A DNA stretch of 64,000 nucleotides from Podarcis tiliguerta (lineage: Eukaryota), in assembly GCA_965153285.1 (NCBI GenBank), contig OZ229123.1; one strand, 5' to 3'. Below the pieces are notes generated by a model, which did no database searches, was not told the origin of the DNA, and saw nothing but the letters and a program-made list of their open reading frames with translations. This document shows positions 49,818-64,000 of the stretch, in pieces (the stretch's first letter is position 1; every line of letters starts with the position of its first letter). Made by a program: the position numbers and the translations under genes.

Positions 49818-52605
49818 CTGAAACCAAGGAAAGGAACCGCCAGCTTAAGAAAAGGGGAATGCAGTTACAACCAGTTCGATTTCTGTTATTGTCTGTTATT
49901 ATATTCATTGACGTCTGCAGGACGCAGGCAAATGCCAAGGACAGGGACAGATGCTAATAAAGTAAATCTCTTAAGAAAAGCATTGTCTTCTTGACTCATT
50001 CACTGAGCAGATTTTTCCTTTAACCACAGCGAACAGCTTGACGTGTGGGGATTTGCTTCTGAGAGAGAACATGCATTCACATAGCTTGTTCTCAATCGCT
50101 TTGCCCTTTTGGCTTGTTCAATTAAATTAATGGCAGATATAATAAAAATGGCCAGGTGAAAATATGAACCGCCTGGCCCTAAGATCAGGTTATTATGAGT
50201 TTGGGTTTCCTATACAGAAACAAGACACACACAGAGAACTCCTCAAACTATGATGTGGGAAACTGCTTTTGAAACTATCAAAAGCAGTTTGTGATATGGC
50301 ATTGGCATCAGAGAAAGGTAGTGGGGGAAATCCCCCTGGGCACATGCACGCCCGTTTGCTGGGCCTAACTCTCTGGATCCCAGCCATGTCCTCATGACCT
50401 TTTCATTTTCTGTGTATCTGCCGTTTCAGCTCCGTGGGGTACAGTAGAGTTCTCTAAAACCACAATGCAAATATTTCAGGGGATTAGGCACATGTTTTGA
50501 AGGCTAGGGAAGCAATTCCAACGATCATACGACATGGCTGCCACCACCAGCACACTTTTGGAGTGAGAGATGAATGATTTAAAGTTAGCATTTCTTTAGT
50601 ATTCCAGAAGATGGTGCTCATGTTCAAATTTAAGCTCTTAAACCAAGAGTCTTCAACCCAAGACGCACCTTAACCCCATCTTGCAACCAATATACCCTCT
50701 ACCCTTAAGCTTTTCAATTTCTAAAAAATCTTAAGACAAAAGCAGAAAGAGGACCATGGCTATAGTACTGGTGTGACACATATTCTACTAGGGTGCAAAC
50801 CATGCTCTACACTACACAGCCTGCTTTTGGGTAAAGTATGCAGAAGAACATTTGTATTCTAACAAATGCAAGGATGGTCATGTCTTGCATTCACCCTAGA
50901 GGGATCTTCTGAGCTATCTTCCAAACTGTTTAGTCTCTCAGTCAACTGAGTTTTATTGTCTTGACCATAAGCAGCCACAATATCCAAATATAGACAAACA
51001 GTAAAAGTCAAATTACATTTGTAACAGACCACCCAAATCTCAAAAGAAAGAAAAATATGGAGTGTTAGGGTTTGTGCACAAACTCTACATCAGAGATAGG
51101 GGCAGAGAATACTTAGTGCTACTCCTTTCCCAAGTTGTACGAAACCTTTGAACAGCCATTGCCTACTATTTCATCTGCCTCCTTTTTTGTTGCGTAGCAG
51201 CTTCTCATTCTCCAGACCTTCCACACAAACCTCTGTTACCATGTGTGGTTCCCAATCAATAACTCTCCTTGCACTTTGTTTAGTTCAGGGGTCTCCTCCA
51301 CACCCTTTCAGGCTCCTATATCATGTTTCAATTTTATTCTGCTGCAGCGCAGTTAAGATATGTACCAGCTTGCAGAACCCATTTAGGACAAGGATCAAGT
51401 CAGTGCCAGATCACGCAAATGGCAAAAGAATATAATGAAAGCTGATAAAAATTCTCTATCTAGTCTAACATACTGCTTTCTTGGGTGGTCAAGCAGAAGT
51501 CGCCTGGGAGCCCACAAGAAGGGCCATAAGGCAATAGACTTCTGATGTTATCTAATAGCAACTGATATTCAGCAGCATAGCTTCTCAAAAGTAGTTTTAT
51601 TGAGCTATTTGGGCAATAGCTGCTGAATTTACCCCTTGAATTTGTCTAATCCTTTGTTAAAGCCCACTTTAAAAGGAACTGATCCAAGCATCAGGCATTT
51701 TTTTTCCTTTAAAAACTATGGGCTAGATCTAGACTATGTTAGTGGCACCAAGTTCCCATTAAAATCAGTGTCATTTGTTAATTATTACTCACTTTTCACA
51801 TTCATTTCAATGGGACCTAGGGGTGACTAACTTATTCCAGCTCCAACCCTTTATTTTTATGATTTAGATAGCGTTGCTTAATATACAAATGCAAAGCTCC
51901 AATATTATAAAACCTAAGGCCACCTTTTAAAATTATTTCATCAATACTATTTGTGAAGCAGACAGACCTGTGAGGGTGGGAGAGGGGGAAAGGAAAGACC
52001 CTGGAGGGGGACTTTGGAAGTCAGTGGGACACAGCAAGGATCTAAATACAGGTAGCAATGCATTTAAAGTCACTCGCTAAAGGATTTGAATAAAATTAAA
52101 TATAAGGGCCAATCACTTACCACTTAGCCCAGTGCCTTTGCTCTCTCATTTGACAGGATGCTGGAAGGTGCAAGCAGATTTACTTCTTACTGAGCAATTG
52201 GACAGAATATTGCCTGCATGTGACTTCCAGGCATATGGAAAGAGGCTAGAAATTCACCTATTTTAAAATAAAGCCTTCAGCATTCAAAGAAGGGGTCAGC
52301 TCTCTAATAATACTTCCCCACCCCTGCAAATAGCTGCTGCCCTGTTTGCAAGTGAAGAGTTTCAGAATTTCTGTCTTTTTTATTGCAGATCCCTCCCCCG
52401 CCATCAAAAATATGTATGTTAGGAGTGACCCAATGAGAAAATGCTTGCTACCAAAGTCTCAATTTTCAGGCTAAACCCATATTCTAAACTTGTCTTCCTA
52501 TGCTGTATTTTGGCAAGAGCTTTGATTTATAGAAAGACAGAGATGATTTGCATTTCTGGATGACAATATTCAGAATGGCTGTCAGGGGAGGAGGGGGACG
52601 TTTAC

Positions 52606-52756
52606 CTCTTCTGGTGAAAGCAGTTCACTGTAAATAAGAGCCCAGAGGCATGATACAGCAGTCGTGCGGATGGCAGCTGCTGTTCTTCCAGCTTGCCACT
52701 GCAGATTAGGAGCCAGGATGTCTTTTATCAGGATCTCAAGGTAGTTACAAAACTGC
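52606..52756 (-). CDS. DNAAF5: DNAAF5 exon ([40 protein letters not shown]...EE)
   Basis: Highly conserved [25 protein letters not shown]; AG/GT bounded, 151 nt. Confidence 0.96.
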
Positions 52757-53142
52757 CTGAAGCCAAGAACAAAGAGCAGCAAAATAAGAAGCTTTGTGTG
52801 AACGTGATGGAATGACTGGGAGGGTGAAAAAGCACATTTTCAGTCTTGAAAACAAGATAGCCAGAACAGGAAGAACGAAGCATGAAAAAGAAAAAGAATG
52901 AATCTAGTATGATGACAGTGTATGTTAACAATACTTCATTACTCAGATTTCTTTTGAGGGAAAGTAAGTGGACTTTGTATAAACATTTCAAGAGGAGGAG
53001 AGGCAGAAATCTTTCTCAGCTTCAGGCTCTGCAAGGTATGTTCCTTGTCATCCCAACAGGCCCCTTACTCTAGTGTCTCAGAAACAAACCACTCCAAGTT
53101 GACTTGAAGAGGCTTTAATGTTTCTCTATAAAAAAAAAATAA

Positions 53143-53500
53143 GGGACGCGGGTGGCGCTGTGGGTTAAAGCCTCAGTGCCTAGGGCTTGACGATCGAAAG
53201 GTCGGCGGTTCGAATCCCCGCGGCGGGGTGCGCTCCCGTTGCTCGGTCCCAGCGCCTGCCAACCTAGCAGTTCGAAAGCACCCCTGGGTGCAAGTAGATA
53301 AATAGGGACCGCTTACTAGCGGGAAAGTAAACGGCGTTTCCGTGTGCAGCTCTGGCTCGCCAGAGCAGCGTTGTCACGCTGGCCACGTGACCCGGAAGTG
53401 TCTTCGGACAGCGCTGGCCCCCGGCCTCTTGAGTGAGATGGGCGCACAACCCTAGAGTCTGTCAAGACTGGCCCGTACGGGCAGGGGTACCTTTACCTTT
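53143..53500 (+). mobile_element. Sauria SINE, second subfamily, full length, CpG-rich
   Basis: GGGACGCGGGTGGCGCTGTGG head, B-box, core and ACCTTTACCTTT tail. Confidence 0.9.
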
Positions 53501-56500
53501 ATATAATAAAAATGTAAGAATGTTGTTGTGTAGCCTACGTTGGAGGATTTGCAGTGTTGCATCACAATCCTGGATTTCCATGAAGTCAGGGCAGGGAAGG
53601 GGAGCAAAAGTGAAGATTGCTTGCACTACAGCAGTGGCTATGGCTTGGGAGCGGCACTGAGAGGGAAAAGTAGTTGGTTTTTTTACAAAAATGACAGAAG
53701 TTTAAGGAAAGCAAGGATGGAGGAACTCTGACAGGTAATGGCAGGGGGGTTAGCGAGTACAGCAAGCAAGACCACAGCCCCAGTATACAAGAAGTTACAA
53801 TTGTTACAAATTCATCTTGTCGATCTCAAACAATGAACTAACCATGGAGCATTTACCTGTCTCAGAACTTAATCTCAAGCATCAACATTCCTTTGTGATA
53901 CAGGCCAGAATCAGGGCCAACTTTTCAGATATTCAGAAATGTTTCTATGGCAGCAGATAAGGGCCAACCTATACTGGTCAATATCTTTGGTGTAGCACTT
54001 GGGGAACTTTGAAAGTATAAAAACGGCAAAAGCTTTTAATAGTAAATGCTCATTTATGCAACCATACGCCTACGTGTTGAGTTCTTGCCTATCACCCAGT
54101 GGTCACGCTCAAGTGATGCCCTATGCATGATCAAATGTTGTGTGTTCCTTGGCAAATACTGGAAAAGCATTTTTGCAGTGATGTGTAAAATGACTGATTA
54201 TGCACATGGTACCGGCTGCATTACCCAAGGGTTGGGAGCCTACATGTGTAGCATTTTCAAGCAGCTACTGGCTACCAACAGTTATTAGTTGGCCCTCACA
54301 AGACAGACTTCCCAATCTTATGTATTGTTTTTCCTCCAGCAGGTGGCATTTAAGAATTAGCAGTGAAGACAGCAAACAGCTCTAAGCTCAAATAAAAACC
54401 AACAGCTCAACATGCTTTCATCCCATTCTAACATTAGCTCCTTTTAAATGGCATTTAGATGTGCCTAGTTGAGCCAGAATGAGGATTCACATTCAAATGT
54501 GCATGCTACTGAAAACAATGCAATGCAGATGAATTGCAATTGACATGTGGCTACACAATCTAACGCATACTGCATTTCCACCAGAAAATGATATCTGCAC
54601 AGGTCTCCCAAGCAGGATGGGGGCATTTACATCTTCAAATCAAAATCAACTAAAGGTCCAAATGGGTGTGCAGAAATTGCTTGAAGTTAATGTGCACATC
54701 AGCTGCCTGGAGGGAAATGGCCATCTGTGTGCCTCATGGCAACATTCAGGATTGTTTTTTGCATGTTACCAAGACTCCACAATGCATTGATTGTATTGTG
54801 TTAGTTGTGTTTTATTTTGAGGTACAATGGCCCTGTGACTGTTGTGACAAAGGGCCACATAAAAAGACCTTAATTATATTTTTCTATGGGCCACATTTTT
54901 TTAAAAAAAAACCAACATACATATGACACAGCTGTGTAACATCTAGCCAGCTTGCCATTGGCACAGAGCCACATCGTCCTACAATTTCTATAAACTCCAA
55001 CAAACATGGTGGTTGTGTGACCATGCCTGAATGCACCTCTATTTTAAAAAATGTATTACTGATTGTATTATATTGTATTATTAAAAGCTATATAGCCGTT
55101 TCCTCCATCAAGTCATTTCAAACCAGTGTTTGGCTCCGAGGTGGTCTATGCTAAATGACCCCTGAGAACCTTCACGTTTTTGGTAATGGCTTCTTTTAAT
55201 CCCTTAAATAAAATGTGTCAAAAACACAAAAGATGGGTTTTAGCAGAGCCACTTACTCACTGGCAAAGGAATGCTCTCTGCGAAGACGAATGCTTTTAGA
55301 AATGTGTTATATTTAATATCTTTGAGGCAAAAGAGGAATAGCACTGCCAAATTGTTCGGAAAAACGAGATATCTGCTCAAGAGCTTTAACAAGGTACATT
55401 GCAACCTGTCAATTTGAACCATTCACACACACAGTTGCCAGAAAATAAAGTCTATTGCATGGTTAAAAGAAAGTGCACACTTGCTTATAAAGATGTGGTA
55501 GCTCTTCCAACATGGGAATGTGTCTGGCTTTTACTCAAAATGAGACTTAAATTGCACCCTTCTCTTCCTATTGGGGACCTGAATTATCAATAAAGCACCA
55601 TTACTGTGATTGTAACAGTGAAAACATGAAGAAATCATGTCCCTTCCCCCGAGAATGGCTTACCCATAATGCAAAAACACATGATTTCAATTTGTCTTTG
55701 TTAATGGATGAAGAGAACACCCAGAAGAGCAAAGGGAAAGACAGGCCTCAAGATAATCCTTGAAAACAGCAAATCTTGGGGGATTTAAGCAGGATACTAG
55801 AATAAGAGACATGAAGCCTCTTTAACTCCACCCCTGCCCCCCGAGAAAGAAGCTGAAATGCAGCCTTCAAATAATACTTCATTTTTAAATTAAGCCCTTA
55901 TAAAATCGATAGATCCTCTGCAGATCCTCTGAATGACTTTAAGAAAATGTTTCATGAAAACAAGGTTGCAAAGATAGCTTTTTTGCATAGAGGCACTGCA
56001 GTTACAATAACTTCAACACGAAAAATCAACAGGTGCAGCTTTTTCCAGTATGGAGATAGTAGTGAGTGTAGCTATGCCTAATTATTTTTCCCTGTCCCAC
56101 AGCTGTTGAAAGCACAGAACCACTGTCAATCCTACATAGAAATGCTGCTATATTTGGCTTATGGAATGTTCTTAAAGTAAGCAGTTTTGTTTTTGTTTCT
56201 AAATGTTCCGAAAGTACAGGTTCTACTTCAGAGAGGGGTGGGGAGACCCTGACCATTTGTAATCCAGTTAATACAGTTTCTGTTTAAAGATTTCCTAGCC
56301 TCCACTTTACCAGATTAACAACAGCCCTAGGGATTTTTCTATGTGTGCCTGAAGAAGTTCAATTTAAACTATTTTTGTCTTTGGGCCAGCTTGGTTACTA
56401 AGATTGATGTACCATCGCTGACATCATTTTATTCTGGAGTGTCTCAGAATTCATCCTTCCCTTCTCCCGCCCCACCCCCCCAAAAAAAAACTCCACCTGA

Positions 56501-57269
56501 GGCTGCAGAATGTCAAGGGTTACAATGCAAAAAATGGCTGCTTGCCAGGAGATTAGGCAGGTGTTGGGACTTGCAGGCTGGCTCCAGTCCAAGCACTTGA
56601 AGATTCAGAGGATGTCCAATGTGTGGCATAAGGTTGGGAGTAGCAGAAGCAGCTTCTGAAAATGCCTCCTGCCTTTCCCCCAAAACCAACCCCACCCCTT
56701 TAATCCTTATCTACCTCAGGGGTTCCCCCTCATTTCCCCATCATACATTCAGCACACGTCTACATTTGCTGCCAGAAATAAATCAAATCTCACTATGCAA
56801 TAATATTTCAACATGTTATTGCCATACATTGTGGGAATTCATAGATCAGGGTAGGGACAGCATTCTTCAGTCAAATCCACTCTACAGTACATATGTTTTC
56901 TACGATTTAAGCAAGTGTCTAGAGACACAAGGAAGGTCTCTTACTGGAAAATTCCCATCCAAAGACCTGTAAACTTAGGAAGTCTCTTTTCTACACAACA
57001 AGCTTCTAGGCATGCACGATCATGAGTACAGTTCTAAAATCAGAATGAAAGCTGGAGTTACTATGGGCATAATTGAAGAGGTGTTTACAGTAAGCTTTGA
57101 ATTGTGTCTCTGGGTTTTTCCATTTCTGGACTTGGCCTACTGGAACATCTTTAATTGTTTTTATACAATTTGTGCCAGTGCGCTATAACAACTTCCTTTG
57201 ACTGGGACTATATATGAGACAGATTGAGAATAGAAACATCTGAGAAGAAGTATTGTGAAGGAACCAACA

Positions 57270-57396
57270 AATTGCAGAGTTGGAAGAGACCCTAAGGATC
57301 ATCTAGTCAACCCCCCTGCAATGCAGGAGCGTGCAGCTGTCCCATATGGAGATCGAACCTGCAAATTTGGCATTATCAACATCACACACTAACCAC
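57270..57396 (-). mobile_element. Short SINE with a tRNA-like head and a CR1-derived 3' tail
   Basis: Minus strand: tggttagtgtgtgatgttgataatgccaa...gcaggttcgatc followed by cctgcattgcagggggttgactagatga...cttccaactct. Confidence 0.65.
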
Positions 57397-57806
57397 ATCA
57401 TGCAGAACACCAAACCACATCTTCTCTTTAAACAGCAACTGGAAAGCACAACAGGCAATGCTAGAGTTCTCATGTCATGGTCAACCACAGTTAAACGTTT
57501 GTTGTGAATGCACAAATGGTACGCATTTGACTCCGCCCCCCGCCCCCAATGCAAACCAGAGCAACAAACTTTGGACTTTTGGTTTGTCTCTCTCCGAACA
57601 AATCATGAATTGAAGCTAACTTTGTTTTTGGCCTATCAATCGTTGTTTGAGTTAAGCAAGCCACAATTCCACTTTGGGCATAATGCTAAGCCAAGGATCA
57701 TGGTTTGTTGCCCATGCTAAGAGATAAACAAAGTGAGCGAAATCAGCTAATAGCTTACTGTGAACATAATGCTTTATGCCATTATGTGCAACTGAATGGT
57801 GCTTAC

Positions 57807-57954
57807 CCTTGAGAATTGACGGTCTCATTTGGTTTCTGAAGCAACTGGGATAAAGTACTGAATAGTTTCAGACGCATCCTAGGATCTCTAGATGTCTGAA
57901 GACATGTTTTAAGAATGAGAATAAAATCCTGAAGAGCTTTGCCAATCACGGGGC
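57807..57954 (-). CDS. DNAAF5: DNAAF5 exon (GPVIGKALQDFILILKTCLQTSRDPRMRLKLFS...NSQG)
   Basis: AG/GT bounded, 148 nt, DP.MRLKLFS motif. Confidence 0.93.
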
Positions 57955-58495
57955 CTAAAAAATAAATGTGGAAACACTGTGTTTTGTACTAGCAGGAATT
58001 AGTAGTATAGTATACCTTGCATCAAAAGGCTTAGCACTGAATACAAACAAAAGCTGTAAAATAAATTAAACTCTTCCCTCTTGAAATGGAAGAAAGCCAA
58101 AAAGAGCAAAACACATTTTCTTTTGGATTTTGGAAAGAAAAGGCCTGGGAAACATACATAAACTCCAATGTGCCAGAATATTTGAACCTACTTCAAGCTG
58201 AGGTTGCAAACACCAGTTTGAAGCAAACCAAGGTTAGCATGAATATTGGTCCTGATGCAATACTGCCCCATGGGAAAATTTCAAAAGAAAAGAGAGAGGG
58301 AAATGTGCACAATCGAAGGGAGAAGGAAGCTCACAGCTGCTAGTGATCGCTTAATCATGATTAAAAGGTGGGGGAATCTGTATATGCCTTAAGCCTATGT
58401 TATTCCTATCACTTTAGAGGCTTCATTCCTTTTGGAATTATTGTGTTCTCCCATGATCGTTCACATTCATACCAACTCTGCTAAGTCCACATTAC

Positions 58496-58664
58496 CTGAA
58501 TAAGTGGCAATCACATCAAACTGTAGTAATTCTGGAGAGAAGCAGGTCCAACGATCGTGAGTTAAGGATACCCATTCCATAAGCTCAGATATATGTTGTT
58601 GATAAAGGCCAACAGCACCCTCCAAGTGCTGCACCTGAGCCAATGCATCCATTGCCTCTTCTAA
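58496..58664 (-). CDS. DNAAF5: DNAAF5 exon (LEEAMDALAQVQ...SPELLQFDVIATYS)
   Basis: AG/GT bounded, 169 nt. Confidence 0.93.
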
Positions 58665-60612
58665 CTGGGGAGGCGGGGGGTGGAGAGAGAGAGAGAGACA
58701 AAAACAGTTCAGAAAGTGTTGATTTTAACCAACTCACTGTGTGAGCTGTTAAAAACAATAACGCCTTGAAAACATGATTTATTTATTTTTAACTAGCTGA
58801 CTAAAAATAGTATTTAGCTGTTTTTCAGATCATGCCACACATGAAATGGTCCTTTAAACAGCCACCTTTACTAGTGATCAGTTTGTCTGCCTTCAAGACA
58901 CAACTGTTTTGTTTTTTTTAATCTAACCTTCTGCAGCCCATTTATATGCTCTGATATCTCATCTTGACTCTGGTGTGCCTAAATTGCTGTAACCTGCCTT
59001 GGGACCAGCTGACGAAGGGCAGGTAAGAAATATAACAGTAACAACAAAAGAAAATCCCAAATGCAACTGCCTGCTTAATCACTCGATCAATTCTTCTTAG
59101 ATTGCTGCTCCAGCTTTGATCACTTCTTAAGATTCCTGTCCTCCATTCTACTGCCACTTTGACTTCTTTCTTCCAGCTTCTTTAGATAGTCGATTCCCCT
59201 GCAACAACCAGGACCTCTCTTCCCTGCACTAGTCCTGCACTGGGAACATTAAGCAAACGGAGCACATCTGCCTGTCTCGGGGAGCCTTGGCTTCAGGCTG
59301 TAAAAGCAACTATATCTGGGGAGCACTGCTTGGATAATAAAGTATGCATCATCCATTTTCAGGATTTTCTCAAAAAAAAAGAAAAAAGATGTGAAGCAGA
59401 AAGGTGAGGTTCTTAAGGTTCAATGAATGTACTGTTCACCAGGAAAAGGCTCAATTTTCTCAAAAGACATCTATTTGGATGCTATCAGCACTGAACATTT
59501 TCTTCAAACTTGTCTAGACAACCCATTTTTCTTCAAAATCATGTTGTTCAGGAATTCATTCTTTGAAAATAAACCAAACAGGCCCTCCACACTGAAAAAC
59601 GAGATTCCTGTGACTTTGTACAAGCATCGTGACTCCATACCTCTAAGTATTCTTTCTAGCTTTTGTGTATAAATTAATGCAGAATTAAGGTGCATTACAT
59701 TTACAGTTTTGAAACTAACTTTCAAAATTATGACTTTTTTGGAAGTTGCTTGTCAGTGACAAGGGCCATAAATACCAGCTGAGATTATCATGCCTAGAGC
59801 AACAGTACAGGAAGTAAAACAGTCATTATGAAGAAGTAAGTGAAGAGGTAAATGAAGAAGCAAGTCTGGCAACAAAGCTTGCTTGGGCCACCAAAGAGCT
59901 ACTATGAAAAGATGGCCGCCTGATTTATTTGGCATCCGACTTGGGAAGAAAGTGATTTATGGTTCGGAGATAGCCATCAGGAGGAAAAAAAGGCCAGCCT
60001 TTATCAAAGGCATCTTTGGCTGTTGCCTCCGATTTTAAATAATGACTGAAACATTTTTAAACTTAGGATGGGTGTGGAGGTGAAAAGGGCAGCTACCGTA
60101 AAGACATTGCTGTATCCTTTGACTAAGTACAGAAAGAAAACTTTTTTAAAAAACATATTCTGAGTTATCGCAATTGGCACAAAAAAGACTAGTATCATTA
60201 GCAGCTGATTTCTTTACGGTTTTGAGAGAATGCATAACCTGAGGCTGAAGAATACCCAATGTATTCCCTGTACAAAGTATATTTTGCGTTTGCTCTGACT
60301 TGCAGGTTTGTGGTTGCTCCCCCCCCCTTCTTATTTTTTAGCTAAGATCACCCCTTCTGCAGCATTTGCAAAAAAAAACCACACGCTTGGGTCTTTTTTC
60401 CACAATGCTAGCTCCAAGAGATTAAAACAAATCCACCCTTTGAGACCACTTCTTTATGGATAATCTTTTCCCTTCGGGGAAGTTCCAAATAAAGGTTTTA
60501 TAATGAAGCTCAGATAGTACTCTGAAATCCTGCCGTGAAACATGGTACACTGCGTAATTAGTGAGGGTAATTAAAAAGGTCTTGGTTTTCAGCTTTTTGT
60601 CCGGCGGCTTAT

Positions 60613-60805
60613 AGGAACGGACACAGCTTGGTGATAGAGCACACGATTCGCATGCAGAACATTCCCCAATTCAATCCCTGAAACCTCCAATACAAGGATT
60701 TTAGGTAGCCAGTTTGGGAAAGGCCCTGCTGAGGATCTTGGAGAGCTGCCATCAGTTGGACAAAACCAAATTGTACCACCGATAGAATTTGGTGTAAGGT
60801 AGCAC
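60613..60805 (+). mobile_element. Squam3-like SINE (old)
   Basis: tagagca...gcatgcagaa...ttcaatccctg...ggagagctgcca. Confidence 0.55.
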
Positions 60806-61250
60806 TGCTTTTTCTGTTGTATCATCACTTGGGGACACTACAAAGCTTCATGGCTAAAGCAGGGAAGCCTGTAGACCCTTCAAAATGGTGCTGGTGTGTA
60901 ACTCTTGTCATTCATGACCATTCACTATGCTGGTAGGTGCTGATGGTAGGTAGAATCCAACAACACCTGGATGACAACCGGTTCAACGTCCTGAGGATAA
61001 AGGGCCAGCTTTGGCAGGCCAAATATGGTGAACAGGCTTAACCATGCTGACCCCGTGCTTAGTACATTTTCAGGCAGTATTTTTTATTTTTCTATTTTCC
61101 AGACTGCTTTATTTTCAGTCTTTGCTGCTCAATTGCGAGAGTCTGAAGATGCCACACCTGGAAAGAACCAGTAAGTTCAATGGCATTTGACTTAAGGAAC
61201 CAACAAAATCAAAACACAGGACCATACAGCAGTGGTTCTGTCAAGGTTAC

Positions 61251-61394
61251 CTTCACATGCAAGGGTCCAGAAGTTGGGATTGCCGTTATCGTTACCAAAA
61301 CCTTCGTCAGCTGAAGGCTTACTTCTTTACAGTCGTCTTGGCATACATCAATGAGCGCTTCCACACAGCAAAGCAGCTGCTCCATGTAAAAGAC
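61251..61394 (-). CDS. DNAAF5: DNAAF5 exon (VFYMEQLLCCVEALIDVCQDDCKEVSLQL...HVK)
   Basis: AG/GT bounded, 144 nt; not in the ORF track. Confidence 0.92.
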
Positions 61395-61574
61395 CTACCA
61401 AATACAAACAGAAAGGAAATGCTTCCACAAGGCAGTTGTTGACGTTCTCGCGTTGCTGCGCTGTAAGTCACATGGCCATATCCATGCTGTTTCATGGTGG
61501 TCACGAAAGCCTGTTTTCTCCCATAGTTACAACTATGCTAATCACTGTGGCCAATGGCCATGTACACACAACAG

Positions 61575-62197
61575 GAAACAATCATTATGTGAAAAGGACC
61601 TAAGGGTCTTAGTGGACCCCAAGCTTAACATGAATCATGAGTGTGATGCAGCAGCAAAAAAGGTAATGCTATTCTAAGCTGCATCAACAGAAGTATAGTT
61701 TCCCAATTATGGGAAGTAATAGTCGTGCTCTGTTCTGCCTTGGTGAGACCACACCTGGAGTACTGTCTGCAGTTCTGGATGCCAAAATTTAAGAAAGATA
61801 TTGACAAGCTGAACGTGTGCAAGGGAGGGCAACCAAGATGATCAAGGGTCTCAAGCCTTATGAAGAACGGTTGAAGGAGCTGGGTATGTTTAGCCTGGGA
61901 AAGAGGCGGCTGAGAGGAGATATGATAGCCGTCTTCAGATATCTAAAGGGCTGTCACGTGAAACAGGGAACCAATGGATTCAAGTTACAAGTTCCACCTA
62001 AACATCAGGAATAACTTTCAGACAGTAAGAGCTCTTTGACAGTGCAACAAACTCCCTCGGGATGTTGTGGACTCTCCTTCCTTGGAGGTTTTTAAGCAGA
62101 GGTTGGATGGCCATCTGTCATGGATGCTTTAGCTGAGATTGGACTGGGGTTGGACTAGATGACCCAAGGGGTCCCTTCCAACTTGATGATTCTGATT
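61575..62197 (+). mobile_element. 5'-truncated CR1 LINE (ORF2 C-terminus plus 3' UTR)
   Basis: [21 protein letters not shown] and [33 protein letters not shown] motifs; CR1 tail. Confidence 0.92.
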
Positions 62198-62346
62198 ACT
62201 GTTACCAAAGCTGCCCTAAAAATGGCTGGGCGGTATGTAATGTAATGTAATGCATCAAGCCTAAGGAACACCTGAGACAAGACTTACAAAGACTTACAGG
62301 ATCTGGATACTATCTATAATTGCAGCTTATTTTGCATTCTCCTTAC

Positions 62347-62559
62347 CTCTTCAGACCGCTGTCTTATTTCAGGGCAGTCCAGTGTGCTGACAAGGTACAC
62401 CAAATGAGGCTGCAAGACTTTCTTTGGCGAACCCCTTATAACTGCCGCTAGAACCATGAGGTAGGATGGCATAGGCACTTTTTTGAGGTCAGACATGATT
62501 AACTTCAGAGATACCGCTGGGCTGACAAAGGCGCCAATCAGCTCTGCTGCATTCACACA
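62347..62559 (-). CDS. DNAAF5: DNAAF5 (HEATR2) internal exon (CVNAAELIGAFVSPAV...RQRSEE); gene begins beyond the right edge
   Basis: AG/GT bounded, 213 nt, HEAT-repeat sequence resembling human DNAAF5. Confidence 0.93.
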
Positions 62560-64000
62560 CTATGAAAGGGAACACAAACACGTTGCCCAGATTATGAGAG
62601 GCAAAGGACCAAACAAATTCAACACGGCCATTTTAAAAGCAAAAACCGAGGGCACCAGCTTGCTTGCCTTTGCTCATTTAAAAAAAAAAAAAAGCTTCAG
62701 AAATTGCTTTGTAGGCCTTTCCACTCCTTCACTCATAATTTTATGGATGACAAAGTTTTCTTGACATGTATCAAAGAAGCTCAGAACGAGTGCTCAGATG
62801 CCTTCTTTCAGCACCAACCTCTCAAACAGGCATCATGCCAAATAGCATATTGATGGCTTACAAACCTACTTTAAGCCATGCTTTCACATTTTGGTTTACT
62901 GGCTAGTAACAAACCATGATCTGTCAATTCAGATACCATGCCAAACCATAGTAAGCTTCCTTAACCATGGTTTGGAGTGTTGCCTCAAATTGAGCCCAAC
63001 TTTTTACTTTTTAACGAGGAAGAATAGCAAGTCCTAAGAACGAAAGAAGAAGCCTACTAGATCAGACCAGAATCCAAACCAGCTGGAATCTTGTCTCCCC
63101 ACAGAGGCCAAAGTGATGCCTTGGGGAAGCCCTTGGGCAAGACACAAAAAGAGTTGCCTTCTCCTGTTGCTTCTCCCAGCAACTGATACTGACAGACATA
63201 TTGCCTCTGAATCCCAGAGGTTCAATATAGCCATCATGACTAGCAGCTATTGATAGACTTTTTCTCCATGCCGTTCCTGCACTCGCGAGCTTTGCAACAC
63301 TACAAATGAGTAGCCATTCAAATCCAATTCGCTTATTAATTTTTCAGAAATGAACAAAAATGCAATATTCTCTTCATTTATAGTTTTGCTTACAAGTTTT
63401 ACTAACATTATGAAATGGGAAAGAAGATCCTTAAGCATTCTTTTTACCCATAGGAGTGTCTTTTTTACTGTTCACATGCTGTGCTGCTAAATAAGCATGC
63501 CAGCTTTCTTAAGGTTGGGTTTTAAATGGCACCTTTTGCAAATAATAAAGTGGATTAATTATTGCTTCCACAAAGACAAAGGAAAACAGCAGGAAGGAAG
63601 CCTAAACCTGCCATGTCTGAACACCGATTAAAGGTATCACATGGAACACACATACTTTAATATAGTGGGAGGATTATGCAGCAGAAAGAGGGAGAAAAAG
63701 ATAACGTGAAATTAACTAGAAAGGGCATGAACTGCACATAGTTTTAAAATGGAATTTATCCCCCCAAGCATTTACACTTTAATCTCCTGCTTATGATTTT
63801 TAAGAGGCTGTTAATGCTTCACTTGGCCAGCACCACAGGTGATACTTTGAACAATCTCACCATTGATCTGTATAATCGAAGAGATATACATTTAGTTTAA
63901 GAGTGCCTGTATAAGTTTTCCTATCTGCCCTGATCTAGCAAGGATGATCCACAAGTGGATTGCCTTCCTGGACTGTCTCCCACACATTCAAAAAAATTGC

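Noticed and set aside
59050-59300. Purine-rich exon-like stretch in a DNAAF5 intron
   Set aside because: Stops in the relevant frames, no donor, and the flanking DNAAF5 exons already join in frame
1-64000. CRISPR arrays, operons, rRNA or endogenous viral ORFs
   Set aside because: None seen; the sequence is intron-rich vertebrate DNA and its repeats are explained by TEs and microsatellites

Overview
Eukaryotic (vertebrate) genomic DNA, most likely a lacertid lizard, judged from the Sauria SINE copies, Squam3-like SINEs, CR1/L2 remnants and hAT/Tc1 MITEs. Two spliced genes lie head-to-tail on the minus strand. The first is the 3' part of DNAAF5/HEATR2: 8 coding exons from 62559 down to the stop at 46974, with the 5' exons beyond the right edge. 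The second is most of SUN1: a CpG-island promoter at ~42950-43830, ATG at 28086, and 18 coding exons that I spliced by hand into one open frame of 2257 nt down to position 89; the SUN-domain exons are beyond the left edge. This gene order matches human DNAAF5-SUN1. Nearly all entries in the ORF track are intronic noise or partial exons. I see no prokaryote-type system and no firm evidence for a wholly new system. The most interesting leads are: (i) a Met-Ile-stop mini-uORF with an alternative acceptor just before the SUN1 start; (ii) a cassette of six frame-symmetric SUN1 exons with RBFOX-type motifs, a splice-junction-encoded zinc-finger Cys and a candidate 36-nt microexon; (iii) a possible divergent transcript from the SUN1 CpG island; (iv) well-delimited TE insertions, including a solo LTR, hAT MITEs with TSDs and a decayed DIRS element interrupted by CR1. 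Comparisons to human proteins and repeat families are from memory, not from searches.
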